A stretch of 63,824 nucleotides of DNA, counting the filler, from Octopus bimaculoides (taxonomy: Eukaryota): the NCBI RefSeq assembly GCF_001194135.2. It is 6 parts of 6 records of this genome, joined end to end, with 100 filler letters (N's around TTAATTAATTAA, not from the genome) between each part and the next. Parts side by side here need not be neighbours in the genome. Positions count along the whole stretch, not along the records: positions 1 to 18,014 come from NC_068991.1; 5 more parts are not named here. The stretch is one strand, 5' to 3'. Below the pieces are notes generated by a model. That model was given only the letters and a program-made list of their open reading frames with translations, had not been told where the DNA came from and made no database searches. The translations under genes and the position numbers were made by a program. Below are positions 1-13,044 of this stretch, piece by piece. The stretch's first letter is position 1, and every line of letters begins with the position of its first letter.

Positions 1-276
1 TATATATATATATATACATATACATATATACACACACATACATGCAAACATGTTTATTTAAAATACGTGAGTATATACGTAGAGTGTACATAAAAACATA
101 TACACATACATACACACAAATATGTATACACGCGTACGTTCGCTTATACATACATACACGCACACATACACACATACACACACATATTTTTATCTGCATG
201 TATGCATGTATGTACATATATTATGTATATACGTGCATATAAACATGCACACATGAGAGTAATAAAGGAACAAAGA

Positions 277-291
277 GCGGAAATGACGTCA
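277..291 (+). promoter_or_regulatory. Overlapping ETS-like/CRE motif (GCGGAAATGACGTCA)
   Basis: Perfect CRE palindrome TGACGTCA (284-291) overlapping GGAAA, in a unique island between microsatellites. Motif match only. Confidence 0.25.
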
Positions 292-988
292 TATGTGTGG
301 TGTGTGACAAGGTGGCAGAGGCGGAGCAGAAGGTCAGCCTCTCAATCAATTATGCATTTGTTATGTTAAAGTCTGGAGTAAAGAAGAGAGGAAGGACAGG
401 GGCTGCCACCCCTGCTGGCTCGTCCTGCGGCAATGGAACCCCTATTCAATCTGGGAATAGCATTTATTCAGATAGAAATACAAACACACACACACACATA
501 TATATATATGCATGTATTATAGTATTATATATATATATATATGTATGTATTATATACATGTGTATACTCACAAACACACACATATATATACATATGTATG
601 TATATATATGCCAGCATCTAAGTGCAAAGCCTGAAGGAAAAATGGCCGTCCTCATTCATTATGTTTAAAATGATTTTCGTCCGTGGTTAAACGACTGACG
701 AAATCGATCCAATCGATTTTATCGATGTGACGATGTCTTGTTTGTTCATCGGCTTTTCTGTTTCTGGTCCATTGTTATCAACTTCACTTCTAGTTGAAGA
801 GCAGTTATGCGAGACTCGGGGTAACCTTTTGCGAATGTCTTTGAGCCATAGTAAAAACAAACACACACACACACGTATGTATGTGTATGTGTGTGTATGC
901 ATGTGTCTATATATATATATACGTATGTATTGTGTAAATATACATCTACCTTAATATGCATATATATATATATATACATATATGTATA

Positions 989-1080
989 TAGTTGGAAAAT
1001 TTCGTTATAGGTATAAATATACCATAAACAAGTACATTTGTTTATGGTATATTTATACCTATAACGAAATCTTTCAACTA
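989..1080. repeat. Near-perfect 92-nt palindrome (43-bp stem, 6-nt loop)
   Basis: 989-1031 is the reverse complement of 1038-1080 with 2 mismatches; the loop is GTACAT. Confidence 0.95.
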
Positions 1081-1233
1081 TTATTTTCATATTCTTATTC
1101 CTTGCTCTGGCTGATTTTTTTTTTAATATATGGAATCTTTATTAGAAATCATTCTTTTCTCTCTTTTTGGATCTCTCAAAAAGTTTAAATTGTTCTTTTT
1201 CTCGTGTTATTTCAGGAATCAGATTCGTTCAAA

Positions 1234-1306
1234 ATCCACCGAGTATGATCGGAAGTGCGATGGCCCAGCAAGCGATAGGTGCGCCGTTCGATTCTCACGG
1301 CGGGGT
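1234..1306 (+). pseudogene. Degenerate tRNA-Ala(AGC)-like sequence or old SINE head
   Basis: 73 nt with canonical tRNA spacing: D stem GTAT/GTGC with GG in the loop, anticodon stem ATGGC/GCGAT around CC-AGC-AA, B-box GTTCGATTC. The T stem does not pair and the acceptor stem pairs 5/7. Confidence 0.55.
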
Positions 1307-2224
1307 CCTTCTTATTTTCAATCGGAGACTGCAGATGCATCAATGAATAGACGGATCGATGTACAGTTTGGAATATCTCAACACGCTCAAACAGGGAAAC
1401 GGTACAACAAATGCACCTTTTCACCCTTTTTGCCGCTTTGTGTATGGAAATGCACTTATGCTAATATCTACACAATTTCACCATATACACACATACACAC
1501 ACACACATACATACAGCTACACACTGGATAACAGTGTGTGTGTGTGTGTGTGTGTGTGTGTATTTCCAGGAGTGTTACGTTGTTTGTGTTTATGTAATTT
1601 TATAGATAAATAATTCTGATAAAGAAAATGAATGAGTTGTGATGTGAAAATGTCACGAGTATATTTAAGATACAGGTGTGGCTGGGGGGGGGGAAGGGTT
1701 CAGTAAAGGAACGATAATACCCCCCCCCCACTGCCCCTCACGCACACACACGCACACACTGATGGTGGCGATAGAGGTGATGGTGGTGGTGGTGGTGGTA
1801 AGGAGTGTCACTATGAAAGAGGAACGAGAGATTTAGCGATTCAGAAAATCGACCCCGAGTGATANNNNNNNNNNAGATATGAGATAAAATGAAAATATAA
1901 GCAGGAGACATTTTAGAAGGGGGCTGGAGCCGGTGGGTGGGTGGGGGGTAGGGAGAAGTGCCAGGGATGGATGGATGGAGTAGGGTTGCAGGAAAAAAGA
2001 CGTAGGATAGTGGAAAGTATCCGGTTATTCGGATTACGTATATGATGATGATGATGATGATGATGATGGCGATGAAATTGGTGTAAACTGATAGGTAAGG
2101 AAAATGTGATGATCTGTTTATGTATGTATAATCACGTCATCACAACACACACACACACACACACACGCACACGCGCGCACACACGCACACACACACACAC
2201 ACACACACAAGCACTCTCCACCTA

Positions 2225-2589
2225 CTCATACGGTGGCGGATCTCCGTCGGTTTAGACAATGACGATCCAGGTGTTCAGTCAAACGAATTACCTGCTTCTG
2301 AATTAAGGTGTTTCTCGATGAGTATTCCGTAAGTATGCATGTACCGCTAGCGTTATTCTCGGGCAGAATCAGGGTGACACAGTCTATATTAAGTCTGTAC
2401 TTCTTGAATTATTGGTACAGTCCATCCGACAGGATTCCGTACAGTTTCCGTTTCCTCAATTTTGCTCACATAGTATGGGTCCACACTGATCAACAGAAAA
2501 TGATATTTGCACCTGAAATCACGCATTGGGATCGAACCAGAGATTTCGTGCTTGCGAAGCGAACGTCTTAAACATTCGACCACACTTCC
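2225..2589 (-). mobile_element. Old tRNA-derived SINE with tRNA-Ala(CGC)-like head (2517-2589)
   Basis: Minus strand reads GGAAGTGTGGTCGAATG...CTTCGCAAGC...GGTTCGATCCC (A and B boxes). The body contains ACGGAAACTG..GAA.CCTGTCG, shared with the SINEs at 8660 and 16565. Confidence 0.65.
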
Positions 2590-2720
2590 GGTATGTATGA
2601 ATAAAGATTGATGAAGAGTTTGATAGGAAGACAGAAAGAAAAATACAGAAATGTCAATAAATTAAATTAGATTGAGAAGAGAGATTAGATGGGGAGGAAA
2701 TATATGTGTATATTTGAGTT

Positions 2721-2920
2721 TGTGTCTGTGTTTGTCCTCGCTTAACAACCGATGATGGTGTGCATACGTCCCCATGATTTAGCGGTTCGGCGAAAGAAAC
2801 GGATAGAATGAGTAATAGGCTTACAAATAATAAACCCTGAGGTCGATTTGTTTGACCTTAGGGTGGTGCTCCAGCAGGGCCGCAGTCAAATGAGTGAAAC
2901 AAGTAAAAGAATAAAAGAAT
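2721..2920 (+). mobile_element. SINE family A, 3' half
   Basis: TTAGCGGTTCGGC..GATAGAAT..GGTGCTCCAGCA..GAAACAAGTAAAAGA block, recurring at 8860, 16260, 34940, 54545 and 60640. Confidence 0.85.
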
Positions 2921-2964
2921 ATATACATATATATACACATGTACGTATGTGTGTGTACATACAT

Positions 2965-3009
<45 letters not shown>

Positions 3010-3650
3010 CTTATTTTGAAATTGTATGGATAATACCGTATTAAATTCTGGTGCCTCAACTTAAGTACCATATTCATCTGAATCTAAATTTATTTATATA
3101 TATATATATATATATNNNNNNNNNNNNNNNNNNNNNNNNNNNNNNNNNNNNNNNNNNNNNNNNNNNNNNNNNNNNNNNNNNNNNNNNNNNNNNNNNNNNN
3201 NNNNNNNNNNNNNNNNNNNNNNNNNNNNNNNNNNNNNNNNNNNNNNNNNNNNNNNNNNNNNNNNNNNNNNNNNNNNNNNNNNNNNNNNNNNNNNNNNNNN
3301 NNNNNNNNNNNNNNNNNNNNNNNNNNNNNNNNNNNNNNNNNNNNNNNNNNNNNNNGGTATTTTTGCCAAAGTCAGAAACAATTATTTAAATGATACCTGT
3401 ATAGGTTTACGTCGGAATGTGTGTGTGTGTGTGTGTGTGTGTGTGAGCGATTGTGGTAATTAGACGAGGTAAATTGGTATCCGAGAGTTTCCTGTCATAT
3501 TACGTTCGTCAGATATTTCTGGGGAAAGTAAGAACGCGTGAAAACTCCATCGTCACTTCTAGTTCAATTACCACGCACACACGCAAGCACCCCACCCACA
3601 CACACATATGCATATATATCCCCATAGAAACATATGCATGTATGTGTGTA

Positions 3651-3697
<47 letters not shown>

Positions 3698-3899
3698 GCA
3701 TACATACACGCACACACTCTCTCACTCTCACAAACACACACTCGTATATATACACACAGACACACGCACACATGGACACACGAACACGTGCACACAGGCA
3801 CCACATTCTGTGCTACCGCCTGCATTGCACCCTTTCTAGGTGTCAGGTACCTCAGACTCAAAGTACCCCTTAAGTCTGAGACCCTAGTTGACTGTTGTG

Positions 3900-4530
3900 T
3901 AAAGTACGCCTTCTGGAATTCCCTTCCATTCCTCTTTGACCAAATCCAGTTGGAACACTTAAGAGCTGCTTCTGCCCTTAACTTAAGAGCTGCTTCTGCC
4001 CTTAACTTAAGAGTTCTGATTTTTTTCTTTTCTCCCCGAAAATAAGAACCGTTTCATGAGAACATTGGCAGATTTGCCCATAAACCCTGTCGCACTCACC
4101 CCAGGACTATCGTTTGAAAGCCAGATTCTGTCATATTTTTAGTTTTTTTAGATGTGGGCTTCCTTCACTCTGCTTTCATATGACACAGATACTTCAATGA
4201 TCGTGAGGTGAGCACAATGTTCGGTCTCATACGATGCTTGTGAATGATATCTGGGTTGGTTGTCTATTCTGGAAGATCTGCTATGCGCTCCCAGTCATCG
4301 ACCCCACCCAGAAGAGTTCCTGCTTCCACAACCCAATTGGTACAGATGTTTCAGGCCACAATATTTTAACACCTGGCTGTGTAGGAAGAACATTGGTCGG
4401 CCATTAGGTAGCATCGTCTTCCCTCTCACGCTACAAATCCCGTGTAGGATCTCTTTATGCACTTAAATGTGCTTCCGTGTGTACCGCCCTTGGGCTAGCG
4501 TCACTCTGCATGAATTTGAGACAAGTTCCA
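3900..4530 (-). mobile_element. HERO-like non-LTR retrotransposon, C-terminal Zn-knuckle/restriction-like endonuclease remnant
   Basis: Broken frames read [52 protein letters not shown] and WIWSKR, matching the RLE-clade C-terminus. Contains a 22-bp tandem duplication near 3958-4012. Confidence 0.75.
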
Positions 4531-4544
4531 CAGTATGATCTATC

Positions 4545-4657
<113 letters not shown>

Positions 4658-4849
4658 ATACACACATATATTTATAAATATATATGTCCATGTGTGTATA
4701 TGTATATGCGTGTACGTGCATAAAGTCATGCATATGTGTATATTCATCTACATTTTTGTATATACATACATGTGTGTGTGTATATATACATACACAAATA
4801 TATATGTGTCTGTGTCTGTGTGTGCGTGTGTGTGTGTCTGTCTGTCTGC

Positions 4850-4891
<42 letters not shown>

Positions 4892-4979
4892 GTACATACG
4901 TACATACATACATACATACATACACACATAGTGCACAGCTAAATGATGGTGACGTTAATAAATGTTTTATTGGTTCATT

Positions 4980-5027
4980 ACTGTTCGGCTGAAGAACGCG
5001 ATAATGCGTGAAACCCTGGCTGTCAGT
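4980..5027 (+). ncRNA. Partial/decayed hammerhead-like motif
   Basis: CUGAAGA-ACGC(GAUAAU)GCGU-GAAAC gives an intact core and stem II, but no NUH triplet lies in register with a stem I. Confidence 0.35.
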
Positions 5028-5270
5028 TTCGTCTTTAATTGATACACACACTCGCTCTCGCACACACCTGCACATACACACCTGCTCAGATTGTTACACA
5101 CGCACACAGACATACACGCATTCTAACACATACATTTACAGGCATCGGCATACATACACAGACACGTTCACACACATTAATACACGCAAAATCTGACACA
5201 TTTTCCAATATATTACAAACAATGGAAATAAAATATAAATCTCGCACGTAGTTGTAAACGTGCATAAATA

Positions 5271-5315
<45 letters not shown>

Positions 5316-5719
5316 ATGCATACGTATGTCTACATAAGAACAAACATGTACATGCACATACGTATACACAATGTCAGACACATTATGCACAAAATCTCTC
5401 ATACAGTCAGGCACATGCATGCACGCGAACACACACACCCTTTGACCGAAATTAATAAATCACTCCAGGGAGTCGTACCTATTGCACATGTGTGTATGTT
5501 TTCGTGTATCTGTAGTGTGTTTCAAAGCCTATGTGCCTACGTTCAGTATATGTGGATGTAGTTGTATTACTGTGTGCATTTGTTGTGCACGTGCGTGCAT
5601 TTATACACTCGCTTACGTGTGTATGTATGCGTGGGTGAGTATATACTTAAGTCTATGTGTTTCTGTATGGATGTGAATGTAATTATGTGTATGTATGCTG
5701 CGTGAAATGCAGGGGTGAA

Positions 5720-6280
5720 TAAATATGGATAATCTACAAAATTAATCTCGAAGGAGAGATTGAAATATTTCAATGAATAAAGTTTAAGCAGTTTCGGATG
5801 GGCAGAAATGGTCAATTGGAAAGGGTAGTGGACGAAACAGTTTGCATCCGATTTGTGTATCCGTTGGTCAAGACATAGATATCTCAAATATCCACAATAT
5901 ACCTTGGAGTAAAGAGGTAACTCCAGTCGGCTGGCTTCATTTGAGGTTTGGCTTATGAGCGGCAAAACATCTTTGAAGTGATCTCCGTGGTTAGCTGCAT
6001 CAGGAAGACAGTAGGTAATGCCTAGGATCAAATTGAGGTCAATCATATGCATTGTTAGTGTATCCCACACTGTATTGGAATGGGAGAGGAGGACATTTGT
6101 TGCCAGGTCTTCTTGGATGAAGATCGCTATCTCTCCTTGTTTCCGTATTCTATGGTCAGTTCTGAGTAGTACATAACCTGACAGATGTACTTCCGCATGC
6201 AATATGTCTGGGCTCAGGTGCGTTTCACTTAGTGCTACACGTATTGTCTCTTCTCACTTTACAAGGTCTCTCTCGCTGTG
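5720..6280 (-). mobile_element. CR1/L2-group LINE AP-endonuclease remnant
   Basis: LSETHL, GYVLLRTDHRIRKQGEIAIFI and ITYCLPD correspond to the SETWL, GY..R.DR..GGV..YV and YRPP motifs of APE domains; the 3' part has decayed. Confidence 0.75.
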
Positions 6281-6466
6281 CAAGGTCTCAACATTTTCTT
6301 ATAAATTTCCAATAATAATTAGAGGAGTGATTTAAACATTTAAAAAAGAAGAGAAAAAGAAAAAAATTATTTATATATATATATATGCATTTAAAAATAG
6401 CAATAAAGAGATTTTGCTCATTTGATCTTGAAATCTTCCAACTTATCACAGAGCCACGCCTGCGCC

Positions 6467-6595
<129 letters not shown>

Positions 6596-7589
6596 ATGTA
6601 TATGTATATATATAAATACACGCAGATACACACGTACACATATATCCATACAAATATTCTAACCGCATACATAATTGATATTTAGAATGGCAAGTGAGTA
6701 ACACGTAGTGATTAGTGCCAGGTATCAAACAGGTAACTTCTCTGAGGTTGAGTCATCTGATCGATATATCAATCAATCAATCACCATCGTTCGTCTCTCT
6801 CTCCTTCCGCTTATTCCTTTGTATTTTTTTATACATGATGGCGTAACGCATGTCAGTTCCGTCTTTGGCTTTCTCTCTCTTACTGTCTGTCTGTTTGTCT
6901 CTCGCTCTGTATATATGTGTTTGTGTTGTGTACATATATACATCCATACGTATATATATATATATGTATACATATATGTATACATACATATATATATANN
7001 NNNNNNNNNNNNNNNNNNNNNNNNNNNNNNNNNNNNNNNNNNNNNNNNNNNNNNNNNNNNNNNNNNNNNNNNNNNNNNNNNNNNNNNNNNNNNNNNNNNN
7101 NNNNNNNNNNNNNNNNNNNNNNNNNNNNNNNNNNNNNNNNNNNNNNNNNNNNNNNNNNNNNNNNNNNNNNNNNNNNNNNNNNNNNNNNNNNNNNNNNNNN
7201 NNNNNNNNNNNNNNNNNNNNNNNNNNNNNNNNNNNNNNNNNNNNNNNNNNNNNNNNNNNNNNNNNNNNNNNNNNNNNNNNNNNNNNNNNNNNNNNNNNNN
7301 NNNNNNNNNNNNNNNNNNNNNNNNNNNNNNNNNNNNNNNNNNNNNNNNNNNNNNNNNNNNNNNNNNNNNNNNNNNNNNNNNNNNNNNNNNNNNNNNNNNN
7401 NNNNNNNNNNNNNNNNNNNNNNNNNNNNNNNNNNNNNNNNNNNNNNNNNNNNNNNNNNNNNNNNNNNNNNNNNNNNNNNNNNNNNNNNNNNNNNNNNNNN
7501 NNNNNNNNNNNNNNNNNNNNNNNNNNNNNNNNNNNNNNNNNNNNNNNNNNNNNNNNNNNNNNNNNNNNNNNNNNNNNCTACCAATGAAC

Positions 7590-7870
7590 ACATTATCTTT
7601 CCTCGATGAGTAATTCTTACTCAACATAATGTGTTAATGACCAACCGTTAATAGAGTTGCCATTATCCATTCGATAAGCTGTTGTTTCTTTATTAGCTCC
7701 ATCCGTTCCATTTGTGACCATCCCATCTTCTCTATACCTCAGCGTGTAACTTGTGATTTTCTTGTTTTTCTCTTTTCCTTCTGGTTGTCCTTGATATTAT
7801 TTCCAGTGAAATCCTCTCCATGCCCACCACCACCAATATAAAATTCTTGATGATCATGTTTTCTTCGAGT
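7590..7870 (-). mobile_element. Possible RTE LINE 3' remnant
   Basis: Basic, Trp-containing broken frames resembling the RTE C-terminus; highly degenerate. Confidence 0.3.
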
Positions 7871-8659
7871 CAGTATATATTTCAGGCTGGATTCGAAACA
7901 GTTCCAAAGCGGCAGCTAACTGCGTGCAGGGCCATCTGAGCAACATATTAGGCCCCCGTTCAAATCAATGCAATGCGTCCTAAGATATTTATTTATTGAC
8001 AGCTCCCCGCATCATACACAGATCAGTATTGGTCCCCTAAATTCCTGAGGCCTTCGACAACTGCCCTGTGTTCCCATGTCTCCAGACCTCTTGCCTGTCT
8101 CTCTAAATTAGGAGAATTTCGACAGGAAAGCTTTTACGTGCTTTCTCCATACTCAAGAAATAGCAGCCTAAATTTCCCTCAACTCAGATTTCATGTCTCA
8201 AATGGGGAGGTCCACATTGGACAATATAGTTTTTGGTATATGAAAATGGGATGGTCAGAGCTGGAGCGTCTTTGATCACATGACTTCTTCAATCAAAGGG
8301 CATGACCCGGGTTGACCTGGGGCATACCTCAAAATAAAACTTTGTAAATACTAATAATTGATTATTGATTTCTGGCATAATCACGTGACTAGAAATGAGG
8401 TTCAAAGTTCGACATATTATTAACATTGGTTTTATCGATCCTCCAAGTTTTTTTTTTGGCGGGAAGATCGATTATAATCTCATTCGAAATAACTGAATGA
8501 ATGATCAAAATAATTTCCTGATTGATTATAATTATTACCGATGATTGCATTGTTGTTATTGTTTTTGCTGCTGGTACTGTTTAGCCCCAGGTGAACTCCA
8601 GTCAGGAAGAAAGAACTCGGATCAAATGCGTTCCAGCAGTAGAAATACGCATATATATA

Positions 8660-8995
8660 GGCGCAGGCATAGCTATGTGATAAGAAGTTTGCTTCCCTGC
8701 CATATGGTTCCAGGTTCAGTCCCACTGTGTGGCACATTCAGCAAGTGTCCTGTACTACAGCCTCGGGCCGACGGATGTAAGTGGAGACAGTAGACGGAAA
8801 CTGAAAGAAGCCCGTCGTAAATATATATATCTATCTATCTGTAGGCATGTGTTTGTGCCTGTGTTTGTCCCCCTACACCGCTTGACAACCGATGCTGGTG
8901 AGTTTATGTCCCCGTAAATTAGCGGTTCGGCAAAATAGGCTGCTAGAATAAGTAACAGGCTATAAAATATTTCAAGATGGTGCCCCAGATTGGCC
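8660..8995 (+). mobile_element. SINE family A, near full length
   Basis: tRNA-like head (GGTTCAGTCCC B-box), TAGACGGAAACTGAAAGAAGCCCGTCG core, internal (AT)/(GT) tract and family A tail. Confidence 0.85.
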
Positions 8996-9821
8996 GAAAT
9001 ATATATATTTCCAGTTTTCGTCGTCCAAACTTGCACATGTGACTACACCAGTGCACGATACCTTGCTGTGAAATCGAACCTTTTACCATATGGATGTCAA
9101 AGGAACTGGACGCGACAATGCCTGTAACAAAAAACAATCAACGACCACAACATGTACAATAGTTTGGTGTTTTGCAATAAACACCGAATGACGTATATCT
9201 AACAATACGTTCAACATTGTTTCGATGGACAAAGACGTCAGGTCCCAGTTTTTGACCAAATCTTATTGTAACAAAAACTATCATTTAATAGATAAGATCT
9301 GGAGCCTGAGGACAATGAATGTGCGCTGTATATTGTATCACTTTAGTCATTGTATTACAGTGTGTCGTGTTACTGCCCACTTGTTATGTATTTTACTACA
9401 TTAGTCACGGACATCAGACATCCTGGGATACCACTTCAAGGTTTTTCATTAATTATATTTTAACTAATCTTGTGTAAACCATGACATTTAATTATTTTAT
9501 ATCTTTATTCTATCAACATCGGGAAAATGAAAAGAAAAATTTGAGCTCGAGGGAGTTAAAATGAAAAATAAAATGAAATGACATAACACATTTTATGGTG
9601 AATAAAAGGCACTTTTCTTTTTTCCATTGCTGGGGTCAATGTTACCGACATGCCCTGTACCCTAAAAAATTTCAGGCCTTGTGCCTATAGGAGACAGGCT
9701 TATTTAACCCCATCGGGTTAAATGGGATTAAATTTAACGGTGAGTGCAACGAAAATTTATGGGAGCCGGTTTCAATTCAGGTTAGAAGCTAATCTGTCAT
9801 ATTCTTCAATATTTCACGAAG

Positions 9822-10025
9822 GCGGCGAACTAGCAAAATCGTTAGCACGCTGGACAAAATGCTTTGCGGCATTTCGTCCGTCTTTATATTCCGAATTCAA
9901 ATTCCGCTGAGGTCAACTTTGTCTTTTATCCTTTTGGGGTCGATAAAATAAATACCAGTGGGGTCGGTGTTATCGACTTACAACTGCCCCTGAAATTGCT
10001 GGCCTTGTTCCAAAATTTGAAACCT
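9822..10025 (+). mobile_element. SINE family B
   Basis: CTAGCAAAATCGTTAGCACGC..TTCAAATTCCGCTGAGGTCAACTTTG..GGGGTCGATAAAATAAATACCAGT, recurring at least 8 times in the window. Confidence 0.85.
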
Positions 10026-10428
10026 ATATTTTTTAAACGTTCTATTTATTGAGGGATAGAAGTCTTTAAGTTTGAGGTACCCTAGGCAAGGTACGCTGAA
10101 TTATTGTCACATCGGTTTCACTCATGGCACAAATGCCATGCTGGGGTTCCCTTTTCAAGGTTTAGTCACCGCACCAATCCTAATATAAGGGGCTGCAATT
10201 GAAAGGAGATAACGAATATTACGATAAATGTAATAATTAAAATTTACATTTGAGTTTATGAAATGTTGCTGTGATTTAAAGGTGAACGATAATGTAGGTT
10301 TTAAGAGAAGGATTATTAGGAAATGAAGTAATAATCATTTGAGAGAAGTCATTGAAAGGTGTAGAGTGGTAGCTTGGATATCAACGGATCTCGAGTATAA
10401 TAAGTTAATGAAGTAGCGCTCATTAAGA

Positions 10429-10508
<80 letters not shown>

Positions 10509-12675
10509 TGACTAAATTCAGAAATTACAGATGTAAAATCAAAATCTAACATTTCAGGTCGCGTCTTCGCTGCACAACAGCCTAGAATATTCCTAAATAT
10601 ATTCATCATTTTATCTGGTATATCAATAATAAAATTAATGAAAATCGCTTAAAAGGATTCACACAAACACGCACGCATGCGCGCGCACACACGGACACAC
10701 ACACAGAGACAGACACACACATAGACACAGAGAAATTTTGTGAATCCGCTGTAGCAGCATGTGTGAATGTAATTCGTTATTCTGGTCACGCAAATTGACA
10801 AACATTTTGAGTGTGAAAGTCTTTGAGTGTAAGAACAGCTCTGGACCAATATTTGAATGTACAACCTGTACAAATGGAAAGAGGTGACTCGCATCATTTA
10901 ATAACGTTACATTATCAAGTGACAGAGCTGTTTCGCTCCATCGTTTGCATGTCGCTGTTCCGCTCGGTAAAACAGTAAAACACAAATATTTTATTCCACC
11001 GCAGGAGTCCTCCTTTACAACACAACCGAAGTATGAAGAATGATGCGGCTGGAATCAAATGACTCACAGAGCTGGTTCTGTTGACATGTCTTGATGCTTT
11101 AAGTATCGAGTTTCACGATTGCAGACCCAGGGTTAGAGTATTCAACCGGTTTGCAAATGAATCCAAAATAAGGAATGCGTTTGAAATATTTTAATTTGAC
11201 AAAAAATGTTTTATATTCTTTTGTTTCCATTCCAGACGCTGACCTAAGATAAATTCCGTTGCGCACGAATTGCACTAAATACGGAATTTTAGTACAGCAC
11301 GCCAAATATCATACATAGTAGTCGGGTATATACTGTAATAATATATATATATTGAAGTAGATAATATTCCTTTGTATAAAAATACCGTTCAAAACTGAGT
11401 ACAAAGTCTCGTGAGAGGAGTACCGGGAACTTGCGACATTCGTGCCGTTTCTCAAGAGTGTTATTTGTGTGTTACATGATATAATAACCAACAAACACAT
11501 ACAACGGCAACGCGAGGAAATAGCAGCTAAATCTGCTTCAAGTGACACCAGTGTCTTAAGTAAAGAAGGATACATTAGATAATGTTGTCCATTTCCAGGA
11601 AGAAATGTCAAGGCAGGATGCTCATGGCTGGAGAGCCTTTGATTACAGGCTTACGTGCTCTAGGGCTAAACAATTACATAACTTTTATGACTTCGTAATC
11701 AGGGTTTCGAGTAGAGGCGATAACATCGACCCCCAGCACATGACTGGCTTCATGTAATTTATTAACAACCACAAAGATAACATCTAAAAAGTGCAATGAT
11801 AGTGATTTGAACACGGAACACAAAGGAAGTAAGCAGATGTTACAAGAGATTTGTCTGATGCTCTACCGGTTCAGACAAACCGCTGTCTTCCTAACTAACA
11901 TTGATTGATTCCATAAATCGCAGTATATTACTGGTATTTGATCGAGTCAGCGAATGCGTATCTATGAGGACACTTGACCTACAAGAAATAACAGCTAAAT
12001 ACCATCAGATTACACGCTACAGGAGCAACATATTGGAAGGACAAGGCTGGAATGTCTTCTTTCATGATAAGTCTGATCAATCACTACTAAACAACGACCG
12101 CAACAAGGGTATTTGTCTATCGATTACTGAGGATCTTATGTCAAATTCTACCCCAAGAGATTCCCTTAAGTCGCTGTATTCTTCCCTTCCTCTTCGAGGC
12201 CTTAACGTAATGTTAGAAATCGATATATATTGGGTAGCTCGTAGACTCCAAGAAATTTTCTGAAGAATTGTGTATCAAGGAATCAAAGGGTGATTTCATG
12301 AAGAAATCGATTCCAGGAGAGATCGATAAGCTGATTTGTCGTCGAGTCTTCACTTTTCACGGCTGTTCAACATTCCACGAACATTCCACGAATTCTCCCA
12401 TTAGGTCAGTGGTACACCTTTAACTATAAATGTCGTTGGGTCCTTACATAAGTAATATAATGAGGTGGAAATGATTCAGCGAGATTATCCTTGAAGTTAG
12501 CGACCAAAAACTCCATTTACGTGGTGTATTTCATATCTAAAAACGACAAACGAAGGAAAGAGAACTAAACATCATGAAGACAAAATTTTAGGCGAGTGGC
12601 AAACAATTCCTCGCCATTTAAATAACTTTTTATTATTTAGGTTCTTGAAGGCTGAAAGATAGCAGAATCGTTCGG

Positions 12676-12750
12676 GAAGCTGGCAAAATCGATCGCACGC
12701 CGGGCGAAATGTTCAGCGGTATTTCGTTTGTCTTTACGTTTTGAGATCAA
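12676..12750 (+). mobile_element. SINE family B, 5' fragment
   Basis: GCTGGCAAAATC..GCACGCCGGGCGAAATG..GCGGTATTTCG. Confidence 0.75.
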
Positions 12751-12839
12751 TGAAACATCGTATAACGTTGACCGCTATTTCTAGGAGACTAAACGACCAC
12801 TTAGGGACTTCCTCTTCTGGTTTCTTAGCTGTTGCTCTT

Positions 12840-12910
12840 GTAAATATTGTTGTGGCTGATGTTTTGATGATGTTGTTGTTATTGTTGATGTTGTTACATT
12901 TGTTGTTATT

Positions 12911-12953
<43 letters not shown>

Positions 12954-13030
12954 CAGCAGCAGCAGCATTACATACATAGCAAATAAATAAAACAGCAGCA
13001 GCAACAACAACAACAACAACAACAACAATG
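12840..13030. repeat. Compound trinucleotide tract (TTG)n-(GTA)n-(GCA)n-(CAA)n
   Basis: Read directly; it accounts for the poly-V/poly-T ORF 12781-13053. Confidence 0.9.
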
Positions 13031-13044
13031 ATAATCCTTTCTGT

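Noticed and set aside
297-668. 123-aa ORF near the CRE site
   Set aside because: Non-ATG start, no homology recognised, and it runs into a microsatellite.
1931-1990. G-run cluster able to form a G-quadruplex
   Set aside because: Common in simple-repeat-rich DNA; no functional context.
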